Positions 51,970 through 64,000 of a stretch of DNA of 64,000 bases are shown here, in pieces. Below the pieces are notes generated by a model. The model searched no databases. It was not told the origin of the DNA and saw only the letters and a program-made list of their open reading frames with translations. Location: positions 127,906,001 through 127,970,000 of the forward strand of contig OX597819.1 in the NCBI GenBank assembly GCA_951406725.2, given 5' to 3'. This DNA is from Octopus vulgaris (Eukaryota). Numbering within the stretch: position 1 is the first letter of the stretch; every line of letters begins with the position of its first letter. Position numbers and translations under genes: made by a program.

Positions 51970-53150
51970 GAAAGTGTATTTCTTGCATAATTATAAGATA
52001 TTTCCTTGTAGGGTATGTTCCCGAACCGTCTGTGTAATATTTGGCAATGTTATTGACTACGTTGTTGATTCTACTTTAGATCCGATATAAATTTCGACAG
52101 AGTTAGTGTGTTCTTTCTGTGTATATTTCTCAACGTGTGTTAATATCACTTGGAACTTCTAACTTGTTGCTCTAACGCAATTTACGATTTAAACTACATT
52201 TCTCTTTGTTGAACAATTTCGACTCAATGAACGGGATCTTAACAGGTTGCATCAACTTTCACCAATGTGTTGTGGGTTTCTACATATCTTGTAATAACAG
52301 TTTGGATTAGGGCTTTTTTATGTAGCTGTCCTGGACTTTTCTGTTTTATCGGGTGAGAAATGTCTTACCATATTTGTCGAATTGAACAAGGTTTTTCCTA
52401 ATTCTGGTTCAATTTTGTTTTACGTCGGCAGGTATTTAAAGGGAAAAATTTGACAAGTCAGTCAGTCACCGGCTGACACTCGCTGACGATACATCGAAGA
52501 GGCCAGGGAACAGAAGAAAGAAGAAGAAAGAAGACATGCACCCAACACCAGAGCTGAAGACACTTCCGAAGTGGGGGTGCCTGCCACGTCAAAACGGTAG
52601 AGGAGTATGGCCGAAACCGGACGTGGTTCCTCCTGATGATGTCTTGAGCGAACTGGATCCTATAAAGGAGCTGTTGTGGTAGCAGACCACGAAACACGGT
52701 TGTAATTCCTGGTTTGGGGCATGTCTTCTAAGTTCCAATGAATTCACTCATTTTTAGAGCTTCATTGTAGAATTGTAATTCTTGATCAAATATTATTTGT
52801 CGGAGAATATTTTGGTGATTCTCCGGCATATATTGCTGACTACTAATACTGAAGTTGTGCGGTTGGATTACTTGTTTATATATAGCATCACTTCGTTCAA
52901 TTTTCTATAAGGATTGTATTTTCATTTGGTTAGGTTTAGTGTTATATGTAGGAAATTTACCATAAGAATGTTTCTTTGGATAGTTATTTTGAGGTTGAAG
53001 TCCTTGAAAGCATTTATTACATTTTTATAAACATGTCTAATATGAGTCCGTCCATGTGTTAAATCATCGTGTCTGTATAGAACTATTCTAGAACCTTTGG
53101 ATATGCTGCATATAGTTTTTATCCAGGTTTTATATATTCGCGTTTCAGTT
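51970..53150 (-). mobile_element. Penelope-like element RT/EN relic interrupted by the 285-bp element
   Basis: IVLYRHDD..FKDFNLKITIQRN..VNFLHITLNL..YNPYRKLNE..LYINK*SN..IFDQELQFYNEALK; beyond the insert TLSKFISDLK..KYLII. Confidence 0.75.
52426..52710 (+). mobile_element. Unclassified ~285-bp element (copy 2), nested in a PLE relic
   Basis: Same termini as 42397-42682; splits the PLE reading frame. Confidence 0.8.
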
Positions 53151-53310
53151 AAAAACTAGAGATATATGCAACAGAATTTATTCATGCATTCGAAGGTAAG
53201 GCGCCATTCATGTACCAGAAGTTTCGTCAAAGTGACTACATACTCTCTCTCTATCCCTCTCTCTTTCTCTTCCTATTCTAGATATGTTTGTGTGTATATA
53301 TCTGCATACA

Positions 53311-53362
<52 letters not shown>

Positions 53363-53843
53363 TCTATATACAAGCAGAGGTACCCGGCTTTACTTAAGTT
53401 TATGTTGTAATGAAATTACATGTCTAATATTGACGTTTTTTCCAGACTCCTATGTGTGATGTTCTTGAGACGGTCTCTTGATAATTTTAACTTCGTGAGT
53501 TTACAAAATAATTTTCAAATTCGTGATTCTGAATTTCTGCTTATGGAAAAAGCGTGCACAATGTCCCGCAGACTTATATTTGAGGATCTCCGTCGCACCT
53601 TATAATCACTTTGAGACAACACTAAGATCATGTGTAAAATTAGACTTGTTCTCTGGTTACTTGAGCTGCAAGAAAAAACAGCCACATGAAACAATTCGCA
53701 CATTTCTGTTTAACAGGGTCAGAGACGTTGGATAAGCTCGTTTGAAAAGGTAAACGCGATGGTCACTATTGGAACATTTTTCATTATAGGCATATTCGAC
53801 ATAACCTATTATCAATCTGAGAACTAAACACAGCAGCAACAGT

Positions 53844-54210
53844 GGAGGCACAATGAACCAATGGTTAGGGCAGTGGACTCGCGGTCGGAGGATCACGGTT
53901 TCGATTCCCAGACCGGGCGTTGTGTGTGTTTATTGAGCGAAAACACCTAAAGCTCCACGAGGCTCCGACAGGGGGTGATGGCGACCCCTGCTGTACTCTT
54001 TCGCTCCAAATTTCTCTCACTCTTTCTTCCTGTTTCTTGTCCCCGACTTCCTACGCAACCGTTGAGTCTGGATGTACATTCATACATCCGTCGATGCTCT
54101 TGGTGTCAGGGGTTGACCTGTTTTCTCTTCTGCGGGTCTTACGAATAGCAAAGGACCACGTTTCGGACTTCTCCCACTACATCTGGGGCGAAGACCGCTT
54201 CGCTCAACAA
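53844..54210 (+). mobile_element. SINE family 2, tail type II, ending in (CAAA)n
   Basis: tRNA-like head with A/B boxes; tail matches 25213-25560. Confidence 0.88.
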
Positions 54211-54564
54211 ACAAACAAACAAACAAACAAACAAACAAACAAACAAACAGCAACATCAATAACTAAATAACTGTTAAGGAAGATACGATTGGTTGCTCAA
54301 CCAGTGAAATCTCATTCAAATCACCGTCTTTAAACGGAAGAGCTCATTAAAATTGTAAGGTCACAAATAGGGTTGACTGAATAAAATACAGGATGCCCAA
54401 GGCTGAAGCTTTTCGTTAGTGATTCCTTCACCAGGACCTAAAAAGACATCACCACCAACTATCAAGAGTTCCGCTGTTCGGGAATATTAACTTAAAGCGA
54501 TCCTATGATAATGTCTTATGTGAGAAAGTCTCGTACGGTGGTCAAATCATAAAATATTCTCTCA

Positions 54565-54938
54565 CTAGCACTATGACCCGGCAACGCTGGGTCATAGTGC
54601 TAGAGTATGCATATACAGCTGCGTGCCTGCGCACATACACGCGAGTACTGTCCAAATCTCCGACCAATGACATACAGCTAGCTACCATTCAATTGGCGTA
54701 TCAAGTTTCGGGCATTTTGATTTGGGTTTTGGATAGAAAATTCACAAAAAAGTCACTTCTATTGATTTTTTTAATGGCTTTGCGGGGTGACTGGGGAAAT
54801 GTAAAGATGTGCACGACCACCCTTGGACGGTTTTAAATGACCATAGAAAGTGCGAGCCTTCTAACTGAAAAGTTGTGGACTTGTATAAAGGATACACACA
54901 CACACAGACAGTCATTTTGCCGTTTATATATAGAGAGA
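54565..54938 (-). mobile_element. Non-autonomous Helitron
   Basis: Minus strand begins a|TCTCTCTATATATAAAC and ends ...GCGTTGCCGGGTCATAGTG-CTAG|t: 5'-TC, 3'-CTAG, A|T target, subterminal hairpin, no TSD. Confidence 0.75.
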
Positions 54939-56900
54939 TTATCATGCCATCCACCTGTGGAATGTGTTACAAGTTCTGCCACTGATATATCAACAGTGTA
55001 AAAGAAAAAATGGATAGGGGTAATATAAGGTATATTATACATCTGTATAATGAATGTATTTCTTTATATATTGGAACGAGTTATTATTTCATTGTTACTT
55101 ATCCAACCTTTTCCCTTAACCATCCAGAATAGATATCGACTCATCAAGAAATGTTAGTTGTGATAGCCTGCTATCATATCTATGTGCGATATTTATTTTA
55201 TATTTGTTCAAATCTATGATATCCATTTTGTAGCGCTTACAGTCATTTATAATTTATGCTTAAGTAACTAATATGAATTCAAAAGATTAGCCAACTTGTG
55301 TGGATGTTCGTCTTGCTAAAAATAGCACCCAAGTCTCTTTTCTCAAATCACATATCGCCATCTTAAAAATAAAGAATGTGGATAATGTAATTCCTCGTAT
55401 ACAAAAAGGCAGAATACATATGGTAGCAATACTTTTAATTTTCCGTCGAATCCATCGGTGATAACCTGAGTCTAACAGTAGACGTGATCAAAATGCATTT
55501 ATATTGAAGTTATTATGCATTAGTTACAGAAAATGTATCTGGAGACTGTATCTTACCGCTAAAATGTTGTTGTCACTTAGTCCGAGTTCTTCCCTGGTCG
55601 AGTTAGACCTATTATTAAAGGCATTCTAGCTGCGGTCATCTTGTATTTTCCGAGGACTTATATCAAATTTCATTATCCAGGAAATTTTAACTTTTTTTTG
55701 TGTTTTTTTTTTCTTGTTGAGGCAGTGAAGTTTGAGCTGAGAACCATTGGGCAAATATTTCTATCTTGACAACAGATCACGAAGAGGCTTTCTTCTTAGC
55801 TCGTATTATAAATAGTTTTTAAACATTGGCTGGCCAAATTGCTTTTAACATCGAAATCCTATCGGCATAGCTATTTACAGATCCCGAATCCTATAAATCA
55901 CTGGATCAGTCATCTGACTAATACTGATTCAACATCATAATTCTCCAGTTGATTGTTATTAGCTAAATGAGTTTTAAATTAACTTCCTCCGGCAATCTTC
56001 ATAACACTTCATCATTGCTTGTCAACGAGGTTGCCCTCCGAAGCTGTCAGCTTAGATATGCTTAGTAAATAGTAGGGTCTGAAAAAAAATTGATGTTTAT
56101 ACTAGCAAGTAGTAATACACAAAGTTTAAATAATGGAATTAGTTTTATAACGGAAATCTGTTTTATGTATCAGAATCTAGCTGTGGGGGGCATGCTTGGC
56201 TTTCTGAATTGCCGTGACATTTCATTTGACAGATATCGACACATTTTCTATCAACTCAATTTTATTTATCAGCTTTGAATTGACTCTCCACTGTAGTAGA
56301 AAACTGTTACTCATATTACTGCACAATAGAATCGAACCAGCAACCTGATAATTACGAGGCTAATTTCCTAACTGTCTGGTCATACTTACTTCTACATAAG
56401 CTCACATACACGCACACAGGTACCTTAGCTTGACTTTATGAGCTCTGTAGCGCAAATAGTGCTGATTCTTCTCTTATTCTCTTTCATTACAACTACATCG
56501 GTATCTCCTCTAAAGCATCTGCCTATTTGTCAACTTCTTATAAGTCCGTTTCATGTAGTCACCACTTATTTCTGAATTCCTCACATTTTCTGAATATCAG
56601 TTTTTCTTCCTCAGGTCTATTAAATATTAATTTTACAAATTCTTCTACTCAAAACTACATCTTATTGAAGTCTGTTACATCCCATATTGTTTTTGAAATT
56701 GATGTCAACCTATAAACATTTGAGCTGAACTTCATCTGCATCCATCTCAATGGAGACAGACAAGTGGGGAAATAAAACGACGTCAACGATGACAATGACA
56801 ACGACGAAATAGATGTCAAATAACAATAGTGAGGATATTGATTTTCGTATTGATGTTGTTGTTTCTTAGGTCAGGCTGTCCCAAATGCAGGAAACATATG

Positions 56901-57204
56901 ATTGTTTGTTCCTTCTCGAGCCATGCCTGGCTCATAAGGGCTGGTTTCCCAGTTTCCTTGGCGTATAGGTTCCCCACCTGAACGGTACGCCGGTCCGTCG
57001 CAGGTGAGCTGCAAGATGCAGGAGGAAAGAGTGAGAGAAAGTTGTGGCGAAAGAGTCAGCAGAAGTTCGCCATTACCTTCTGCCGGAGCCGCATGAAGCT
57101 TAGGTGTTTCACTCATAAACACACACATCGCCCGGTCTGAGATTCGAACCCGCGATCCCTCGACCGCTAGTCCGCTGCTCTAACCACTAGGCCATGTGCC
57201 TTCA
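56901..57204 (-). mobile_element. SINE family 2, tail type III
   Basis: Matches 29590-29888; TSD CAGGAAACATATGATTG. Confidence 0.9.
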
Positions 57205-58409
57205 CAGGAAACATATGATTGACAGTGTTCTTCTCGTAAAATTTCTATCTTTTCATTTTTTCAAATATGAAACCACATTCATCACTGTTCATTTTTCTGT
57301 TTTAGTAGACGGAACGGTGTAACTTTAGGGTGAAACTGCGTAGACACTTACTCATTAGCTCATGATAGCGATTAGGATGTTGTTGTTCAGCTCTAGATCA
57401 ATATTGAGTGAATAGAGATACTATTAAAAACATCCCTTACTATTTTTTAAAGGTTAGTGAGTTTGCTATTGCTAATTCTTTGGGCGGCAGTATAAACGCC
57501 CCATTGTTAGATCCACTACTATTGTTAATACCTCCTATGATAATGTAGATAATTTTGATTTTTAAGCATAGGCAGAAGGCCACAGATTTAGAAGTATTGG
57601 CACTGTCGATAAAAATGAACTCCTCCTCTGAATATGTATAAAGAAATCGTATAACTAAAAATGGAACTCGAAGTGTTTTTGTCTGAACAGGGACATAAAG
57701 AATTTCGATTAAGTGGAATGTGTTCATATGCCCTCCGTTAGTTTCTTTCTCTGTCTCTAATTGTGTAACCTGAACTGTCGCAGTATGTATCATGTACCAG
57801 ACACAAAGGTACAAACACTGGGGAAGATAAACCTGCAAAACCAAACAAGACCCCATATCACTGCAGTCCACATGATGCGTGGAGTTCCCTTTGCCAATGT
57901 TTGTCCAGTATTATCAAAAATACATCAAAGTTAATCACACATACATACCAGAATACAAAACATAAGATACGTAACCGAGTTGCAGCGAATCAAAACAATC
58001 TCTGTCAATACTGAGAGTGCTAGCGATTCATGAATCTCAAAATCTTATTGTACACTCGTTCATCAACCTATGTTTACCTATATCCCTACTGTATCATTGT
58101 AACATAATAGTCGCTGACTCTATGTCAGGTTCATCTGTCTTTTTGAAAGGCCTTATATAACTAGTTGCCTTCATCTTTAGACAAACCTGGTGCAGTTGTT
58201 GCTTTACTAATGCATTACATACTATGGAGAGCGCTAAGAACGGTCTGATATACACAATTATATGAACCCAGTTCATAATATTGTTGGTTGAAAGACAAAG
58301 TCTATCATAGTGGAATTTGAACTCAAAAAGAAAATAACCATAACTTCACGTGCCGAAGCATATTCTATCAAAGCTTTATTGCTGTTTTTGCTAGTCTTTT
58401 CGGTAATAT

Positions 58410-58864
58410 CAGTTTTAAATTTTGGCAGAAGGTCACTAATTTCGGAGAAGGAGGTAAGTCGATAGCATCAACTCCAGTGCTCAACGGATACTTATTTTAT
58501 CGACACCGAAAGGACTAAAAACAAAGTCGACTTCAGCGGAATTTGAACTCAGAACGTAAAGACGGAGGGAATGTCGCTAAGCACTTAGCCCGGTGTGGTA
58601 AGGAATCTGGCAGCTCACTGCATTAGATTTTTTGGTAATAATAATAATGATAGTAAGGTGGCGAGCAGATAGAATCGTTAGCATGACGGGCAAACTGCTC
58701 AGCAGCATTTCACCCATCTTAACGTTCCGAGTTCAAATTCCACTGAAGTTGCCCCTTCATACTTTCGGAGTCGATAAAATAAGTACCAGTTAAGCCCTGT
58801 GATCGATGTACTTGACTTAATCCCTCACCGAAAATGTTGACTTTGTGCCAAAATTTGAAACCAA
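58410..58864. mobile_element. Head-to-head pair of older SINE family 1 copies (58410-58621 minus, 58637-58864 plus)
   Basis: Both have the family core and the alternative TTTGAAAC tail. Confidence 0.75.
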
Positions 58865-59633
58865 TTTTAAAAATTATAATGTTGGTAGAGATGATAATGA
58901 TGATGAATCTGATATTTTTACTCTTTTAACAAGCATAAATTTGTATCCTTTGAACAACATCTTAACCACAACTTCCATCTTTGTATGTATAATTTTTGTG
59001 TTTTACATGGATGTATCGTATTTCCCAACTTCCTTTCGTTTTTTGTGGGAAGAAAGTTATGGATTTTGTGTTCTACTAATCTTCGCTCAGTGTTGATTTT
59101 ATAAGTTTTGCGTAGCCTACTTTCAATGGAGTCTAAAACCCACTTAGATCAGGCAATAATATTTCATCAAGTGACACAAAGATTTGTTTGGCTAAAATGA
59201 AAATGGAAATAAATTAAAGTGATAATAAATAAATAAAATGCTAGTAACTTAATCTCAAACAACATTATAGATGGAAACGATTTTCAATCTCAAATCTATC
59301 ATGGCCGTCACAGAACGACATAACAATTATGGACTAATGTCATTCTGCAGGGAATTTTTTTATTTTTTGTATTTTGTATTCGCAAATTGGTTGTTAGTTT
59401 TCGTTGCCTGCTAATAGTAAGACCTCGGCGATCTGACTCCACGATACAGGTTCAATTCACTGATAAGCATTTTCATCACTTTCTTTATTCAAAATATTAA
59501 TCCCATAGGGTATTAATGTCGTAAACATAATATTTCAAACAAATTTTTCGATAGCAAACTAATGAATCATTGACGTTCTCCATGTTATTTATTTATTATT
59601 TTTTTTGCTGCTAGAATAACATTCATCAATATA

Positions 59634-60018
59634 GGCGCAGGAGTGGCTGTGTGGTAAGAAGCTTGCTTACCAACCACATGGTTCTGGGTTCATTCCCACT
59701 GTGTGGAACATTGGGCAAGTGTCTTCTACTATAGCCTCGGGCCGACCAAAGCCTTGTGAGTGGATTTGGTAGACGGAAACTGAAAGAAGCCCGTCGTATA
59801 TATGTATATATATACATATATATGTATATGTGTATGTGTATTTGTGTGCCTGTGTTTGTCCCCCCACCCACATTGTTTAACAACCGATGCTGGTGTGTTT
59901 ACGTCCCCGTAACTTTTCGGTTTGGCAAAAGAGACCTGGGGTCGATTTGCTCGACTAAAGGCGGTGCTCCAGCATGGCCGCAATCAAATGACTGAAACAA
60001 GTAAAAGAGTAAAAGAAT
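59634..60018 (+). mobile_element. CORE-type tRNA SINE family 3, near full length with internal microsatellite
   Basis: GGCGCAGGAGTGGCTGTGTGGTAAG..GGTTC..TTGGGCAAGTGTCTT..GGAAACTGAAAGAAGCCCGTCG(TA/TG)n..GTAAAAGA tail. Confidence 0.85.
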
Positions 60019-60317
60019 ATGTTCTTACGTGTTCTGATTTTAAAAAAATATGGCTGATGTTTCTCGTAGGTCGAGTGACTGTATAGAGGTACCATCAACT
60101 CTTTCTTTACATTCTGCTCGAAATTGTATTTCATTTTCTTAGGGATCAATAATATACCGGAGCCATTAAATCTACTAGCAACCTTACCAAAAACAGGTAT
60201 AGCTGTGTCAAAATCAGAATACTTTCAATTTTTATAACACTGTAAATAGTATTGTCAGAATATATATTACTGAGGGTAGTATTAAATTTTGTATACTTAA
60301 ATCTGAATGTTACAGAA

Positions 60318-61866
60318 GAGGTGTGGGCAAACTGTGGCCCTTTACGGGGTTCTGCGCCGCTGACGGAAGCCTTCAGCAAATTAGAAAAAAAAATCAATAA
60401 CTTTTTGTGAAAGTCAACATGTTTGTGCTAAGCGAGACTAATGTTTTCAGTGTCATAGAAATCTATGCCCCATTTTCCGATGGTTACATACTTTCTGCAC
60501 ATGCGCACGATATTTTGCATGCGTAGTTATTATTGATAGTCGCTTGCACAGCAACACGATCTCTCCAACCCTACCAGCATGTCTCCTAAAAAAACGTAAA
60601 ATTGGGGATGAGTGCTGTGCATTTAATGAAGAATGGATACACAAGTATTTCTCCACCAGTTCTAAAAATAAAGCGGCGTGTTTACTGTGCCTGGAGACGA
60701 TTGCCGTGTTAAAGGAGTATAATTTGAAGCGGCACTACTAAACAAAACACGGAGAATTTGGACGCAAAATGACCGATGAAGAACAGATGTAAAAGGCTGT
60801 GCAATATGTTGCAAAATTGAACAAGCAACAAACTCTATTCAAGAAGTAATCATCAATTCACGATACTGCGTTGCAGGCAAGGCAGACACGTTAGCGCGTC
60901 GGGCGAAATGCTTAGCGGTATTTCATCTGTCGTTACGTTCTGAGTTCAAATTCCGCCGAGGTCGACTTTGCCTTTCATCCTTTCGGGGTCAATAAATAAA
61001 GTACCAGTTTCGCACTGGGGTCGATGTAATCGACTTGATCCCTTTATCTGTCCTTGTTTGTCCCCTCTATGTTTAGCCCTTTGTGGGCAATAAATAAATA
61101 TATGTTGGCATACCGAATTCCAAGACGTAACAAACCATTCTCAGATGGCGAGTTAATAAAGCAATGCATGATGGATTGCGCGAGAGTTGTATGCCAGGAA
61201 ATGAAAGGAAAAATTCGAAAGCATTTCATTGTTGAGGAGGACTGTCATGCGACGTATAAAAATAATAATCAGTGAGGAGTTGGCTCAACACCCGAGGGAT
61301 GCAAGTAAAGATTTTGTTTACTATTCGTTACCATTTGATGAGAGTATCGGCATCCAAGATGCTGCACGGTTACCATTTTCGTACGTGGAGTGGATGAGAA
61401 TTTCCGTATCACCGAAGAATTGCTGATCATTCATTGAAGGAAATTTTTTCACTTCCTACCTTTAGTAAAGTTATACAACTCACTCTGTTTAATGCTTTTC
61501 CGTGTTTAAGAAATTTTGCTACCAGATTTTTCTCTATTTTTGGTTCCACTTACACCTGTAAACAGAGTTTTTTTCTGCATGAAGATAAATAAGTCCAAGA
61601 ACAGGTCCATGGTATCAGACACAAAATTAAATGCAGTGATGAGAGTCTCTACCCTTGACCTTCTGCCAAGCTTTAAAAGAATTGTGACCAGAAACATGTT
61701 TCTCATTAAATTGCTTGTTCTAGATTTTGAATGTTTGTTTTTATTAACCGTGCTGTCTATAAATTGCATTATTTTAAAGCGCACCGCCCGATTTTAAGAG
61801 GTGCGGCACTTTGACTTTCATGGCCCACTGATGCGGCCCTCGCTCTGAAAAGTCTGCCCACCACTG
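60318..61866 (+). mobile_element. hAT (Charlie/SPIN-like, GTF2IRD2-type transposase) relic, internally deleted
   Basis: Ends GAGGTGTGGGCAAACT / AGTCTGCCCACCACTG; 8-bp TSD TTACAGAA/TTATAGAA; KKRKIGDEC.AFNEEW..CLLCLETIAVLKEYNLKRHY..KPFSDGELIKQC..YSL.FDES..FGSTYTC.Q.F..MKINKSK.RS. Confidence 0.92.
60880..61100 (+). mobile_element. SINE family 1 (slightly 5'-truncated) inserted in the hAT transposase
   Basis: Interrupts the transposase between ...DTALQA and YMLAYRI... Confidence 0.9.
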
Positions 61867-63620
61867 TTATAGAACGTCAAAAATGGTAGCTTGCAATATT
61901 TCATTTCGTCCTTCCAACTTAATATCTCACTGATATTGAAATTATTTTTCTTTCCTTCATTCAGTAAATTCACGTGTGACTGAGACATTTTGTAAGAGGT
62001 AGGAAAAAGTCATGATAAACATTAATCACCAGGCATAACTAGTCGTGCTATTCTTCGATTTACAGTCTGTCTAGTAATTTTGAATTCTAAAAGTCGAAGA
62101 ACAGTTCGATTTGTTTGCCTAGTGATTACCGCCGCTCACCCTGATTAGGTCCTTCGATCCATCTACAAACAGAAAATCTATGAACTACTTATTCTGGAAT
62201 GTTTAGTTCAGCTCTGTTACCCGAGTTTGTAGATAATATAAATGGACAGATAATATGGACAGAAAATTGGTAATATATAGCGCGTGGAAACTGCTCGAGA
62301 TTGTATTCACTACAACAGCTAAGAGCCACTGGTCACCATGTGATCAGAAGATCAAAGTGTAACATAACTAGGAAGCAATCAGATTTTTCTTCCTGCTTAT
62401 GGAGAGATAAAACCTGTGACGTGTGTGTGCGCGCGTACGTATTCCTATCTTCAACGACTCTGAAGTAGTTTCATAGAAGATCGCTGTATTCAAATACCTG
62501 GATACCCGTGTGAAAATACACACACATGTGTATCTATAGATACAGCATGTTAATTGTGTATTTGTGTAAGTTGGCATGCGTGCATGTGCGTGTGATAAAA
62601 TTTTTGTGCGTGCATGTACGAGTGTAAAAATGTTTGTGTACGTGTGTGTGAATGTTTGTTCGTGTGTGATTGTGTGCGTACCATAACATGAATGCAAACA
62701 TTTGCGTGTTTAATAAGCATCTATCTTCTTCGTGATGCATTTAAATCTGGGCGGAAAAAGGAATTACAGAACTTAATTTGATAAATAGATTTCTGAAGAT
62801 TGTTGTGGCGTAAGATGTGCCGTAAGTCCTGTCTCCTGTGACTGCAAGAACATATAAATGACTAAACCATCTAAGATATGTCTTTGCGTCAAGTCTTATT
62901 TTGTCTAAACTTTGTTAGTCGCTCGAGCGAGTACTTCCCCGTCTGGAACGACAAAATCCTATGTAATATGTATGGATAGCTTAGACTTTGTTTATCTTTA
63001 CACTGATTGTCTGTCCGGCCGTCGGTTCGTATGTCTGTCTGTGTGTCTGATTTTTGTGTCATTTGTTTTCTATGCTGTTTGTATCCGTTTCGATTCTAGA
63101 TTTCCAGACTCTTCCCGGTCCTCTATTTCGCTTACATCTCTTCTCTGACCCAATCTTTTTCTGTCTGTCTCTCTCGGTTTATCTTATAAGCACTTTCTAT
63201 AGATCTCAATCTCTTTATCTCACTTCCCATCCTTTACTCTTCCTCCGTTTTCTCTCTCTCTCTTCCTCTTTGTTTCTTATATTTTGATTCCACTTATGGT
63301 GTCTTCTAATCTTAATTCTTAGTCTGACATCATAAAAGTACATATATACACAAACTCAAAAACACATGTACATACATGTATGTACAAATATAGATACACA
63401 CATATACGTATTAACATTTTACTTCGAAGTTTCATCGTTAAAGCTGGCTTCTCATAACAGAAACTTCGAAGTATACAGTCACTAATAATATTATATATTC
63501 TTTCGACTCTATGAACGGTCTTTAGTGCATGTTTAGTGTACCAATTCCGCACACTTAACAGACGACCGCATAAGACACACATACACATATACACACATAC
63601 ACACTCATACACACATATAT

Positions 63621-63850
63621 GTTTCTTTATTACCCACAAGGGGCTAAACATAGAGGAGACAAACAAGGACAGACAAACGGATTAAGTCGATTATATCGAC
63701 CCCAGTGCGTAACTGGTACTTAATTTATCGACGCCGAAAGGATAAAAAGCAAAGTCGACCTCGGCGGAATTTGAACTCAGAACGTAACCGCAGACGAAAT
63801 ACGGCTAAGCATTTCGCCCGGCGTGCTAACGGTTCTACCAGCTCGCTGCC
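63621..63850 (-). mobile_element. SINE family 1, full length
   Basis: TSD TCATACACACATAT on both sides. Confidence 0.9.
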
Positions 63851-64000
63851 TTTCATACACACATATGCAAGGGCACACACAGACGCACTGACAGAGAGGG
63901 AGGGGGCGGGGACACAACAAAGAAAGACGGATTCCCAGGTAGCCTTTGCCACCACATTACTTATATAGATAAACATGTGTTTGTACATTGATATTCGTTG

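Noticed and set aside
57440-57871. 143-aa minus-strand ORF
   Set aside because: No recognisable domain, non-ATG start, composition typical of AT-rich non-coding DNA.

Overview
Eukaryotic, AT-rich, extremely microsatellite-rich DNA ((TA)n, (CA)n, (TACA)n, (TAGA)n, (TAA)n, (GA)n). The repeat landscape resembles a coleoid cephalopod, probably Octopus; this is inferred from the tRNA-derived SINE types and repeat density. I found no convincing host protein-coding gene, and nearly all ORFs in the track are translations of microsatellites. The window is intergenic or intronic and full of decayed mobile DNA: at least five Penelope-like element (PLE) ORF relics (RT and C-terminal GIY-YIG), a Tx1/L1-like ORF2 relic, RTE, CR1-like and Crack/L2-like fragments, a probable R4/Dong 3' end inside (TAA)n, mariner relics, a hAT (SPIN/Charlie-like) relic with TSD, a non-autonomous Helitron, and about 30 SINE copies with shuffled modules. 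The most interesting signal is about a dozen minimal type-I hammerhead-ribozyme (HHR)-like motifs. They sit in short PLE-type terminal repeats that abut (TA)n and often form fold-back inverted repeats. Several carry recurrent non-canonical cores (CCGANGA, CUGUAGA, CUAUNGA) while keeping stems and the GAAA...UH geometry. A ~285-bp element with no visible TSD and three CUGANGA boxes occurs twice, once nested in a PLE ORF. All structures were read by eye, so boundaries may be off by a few bases.
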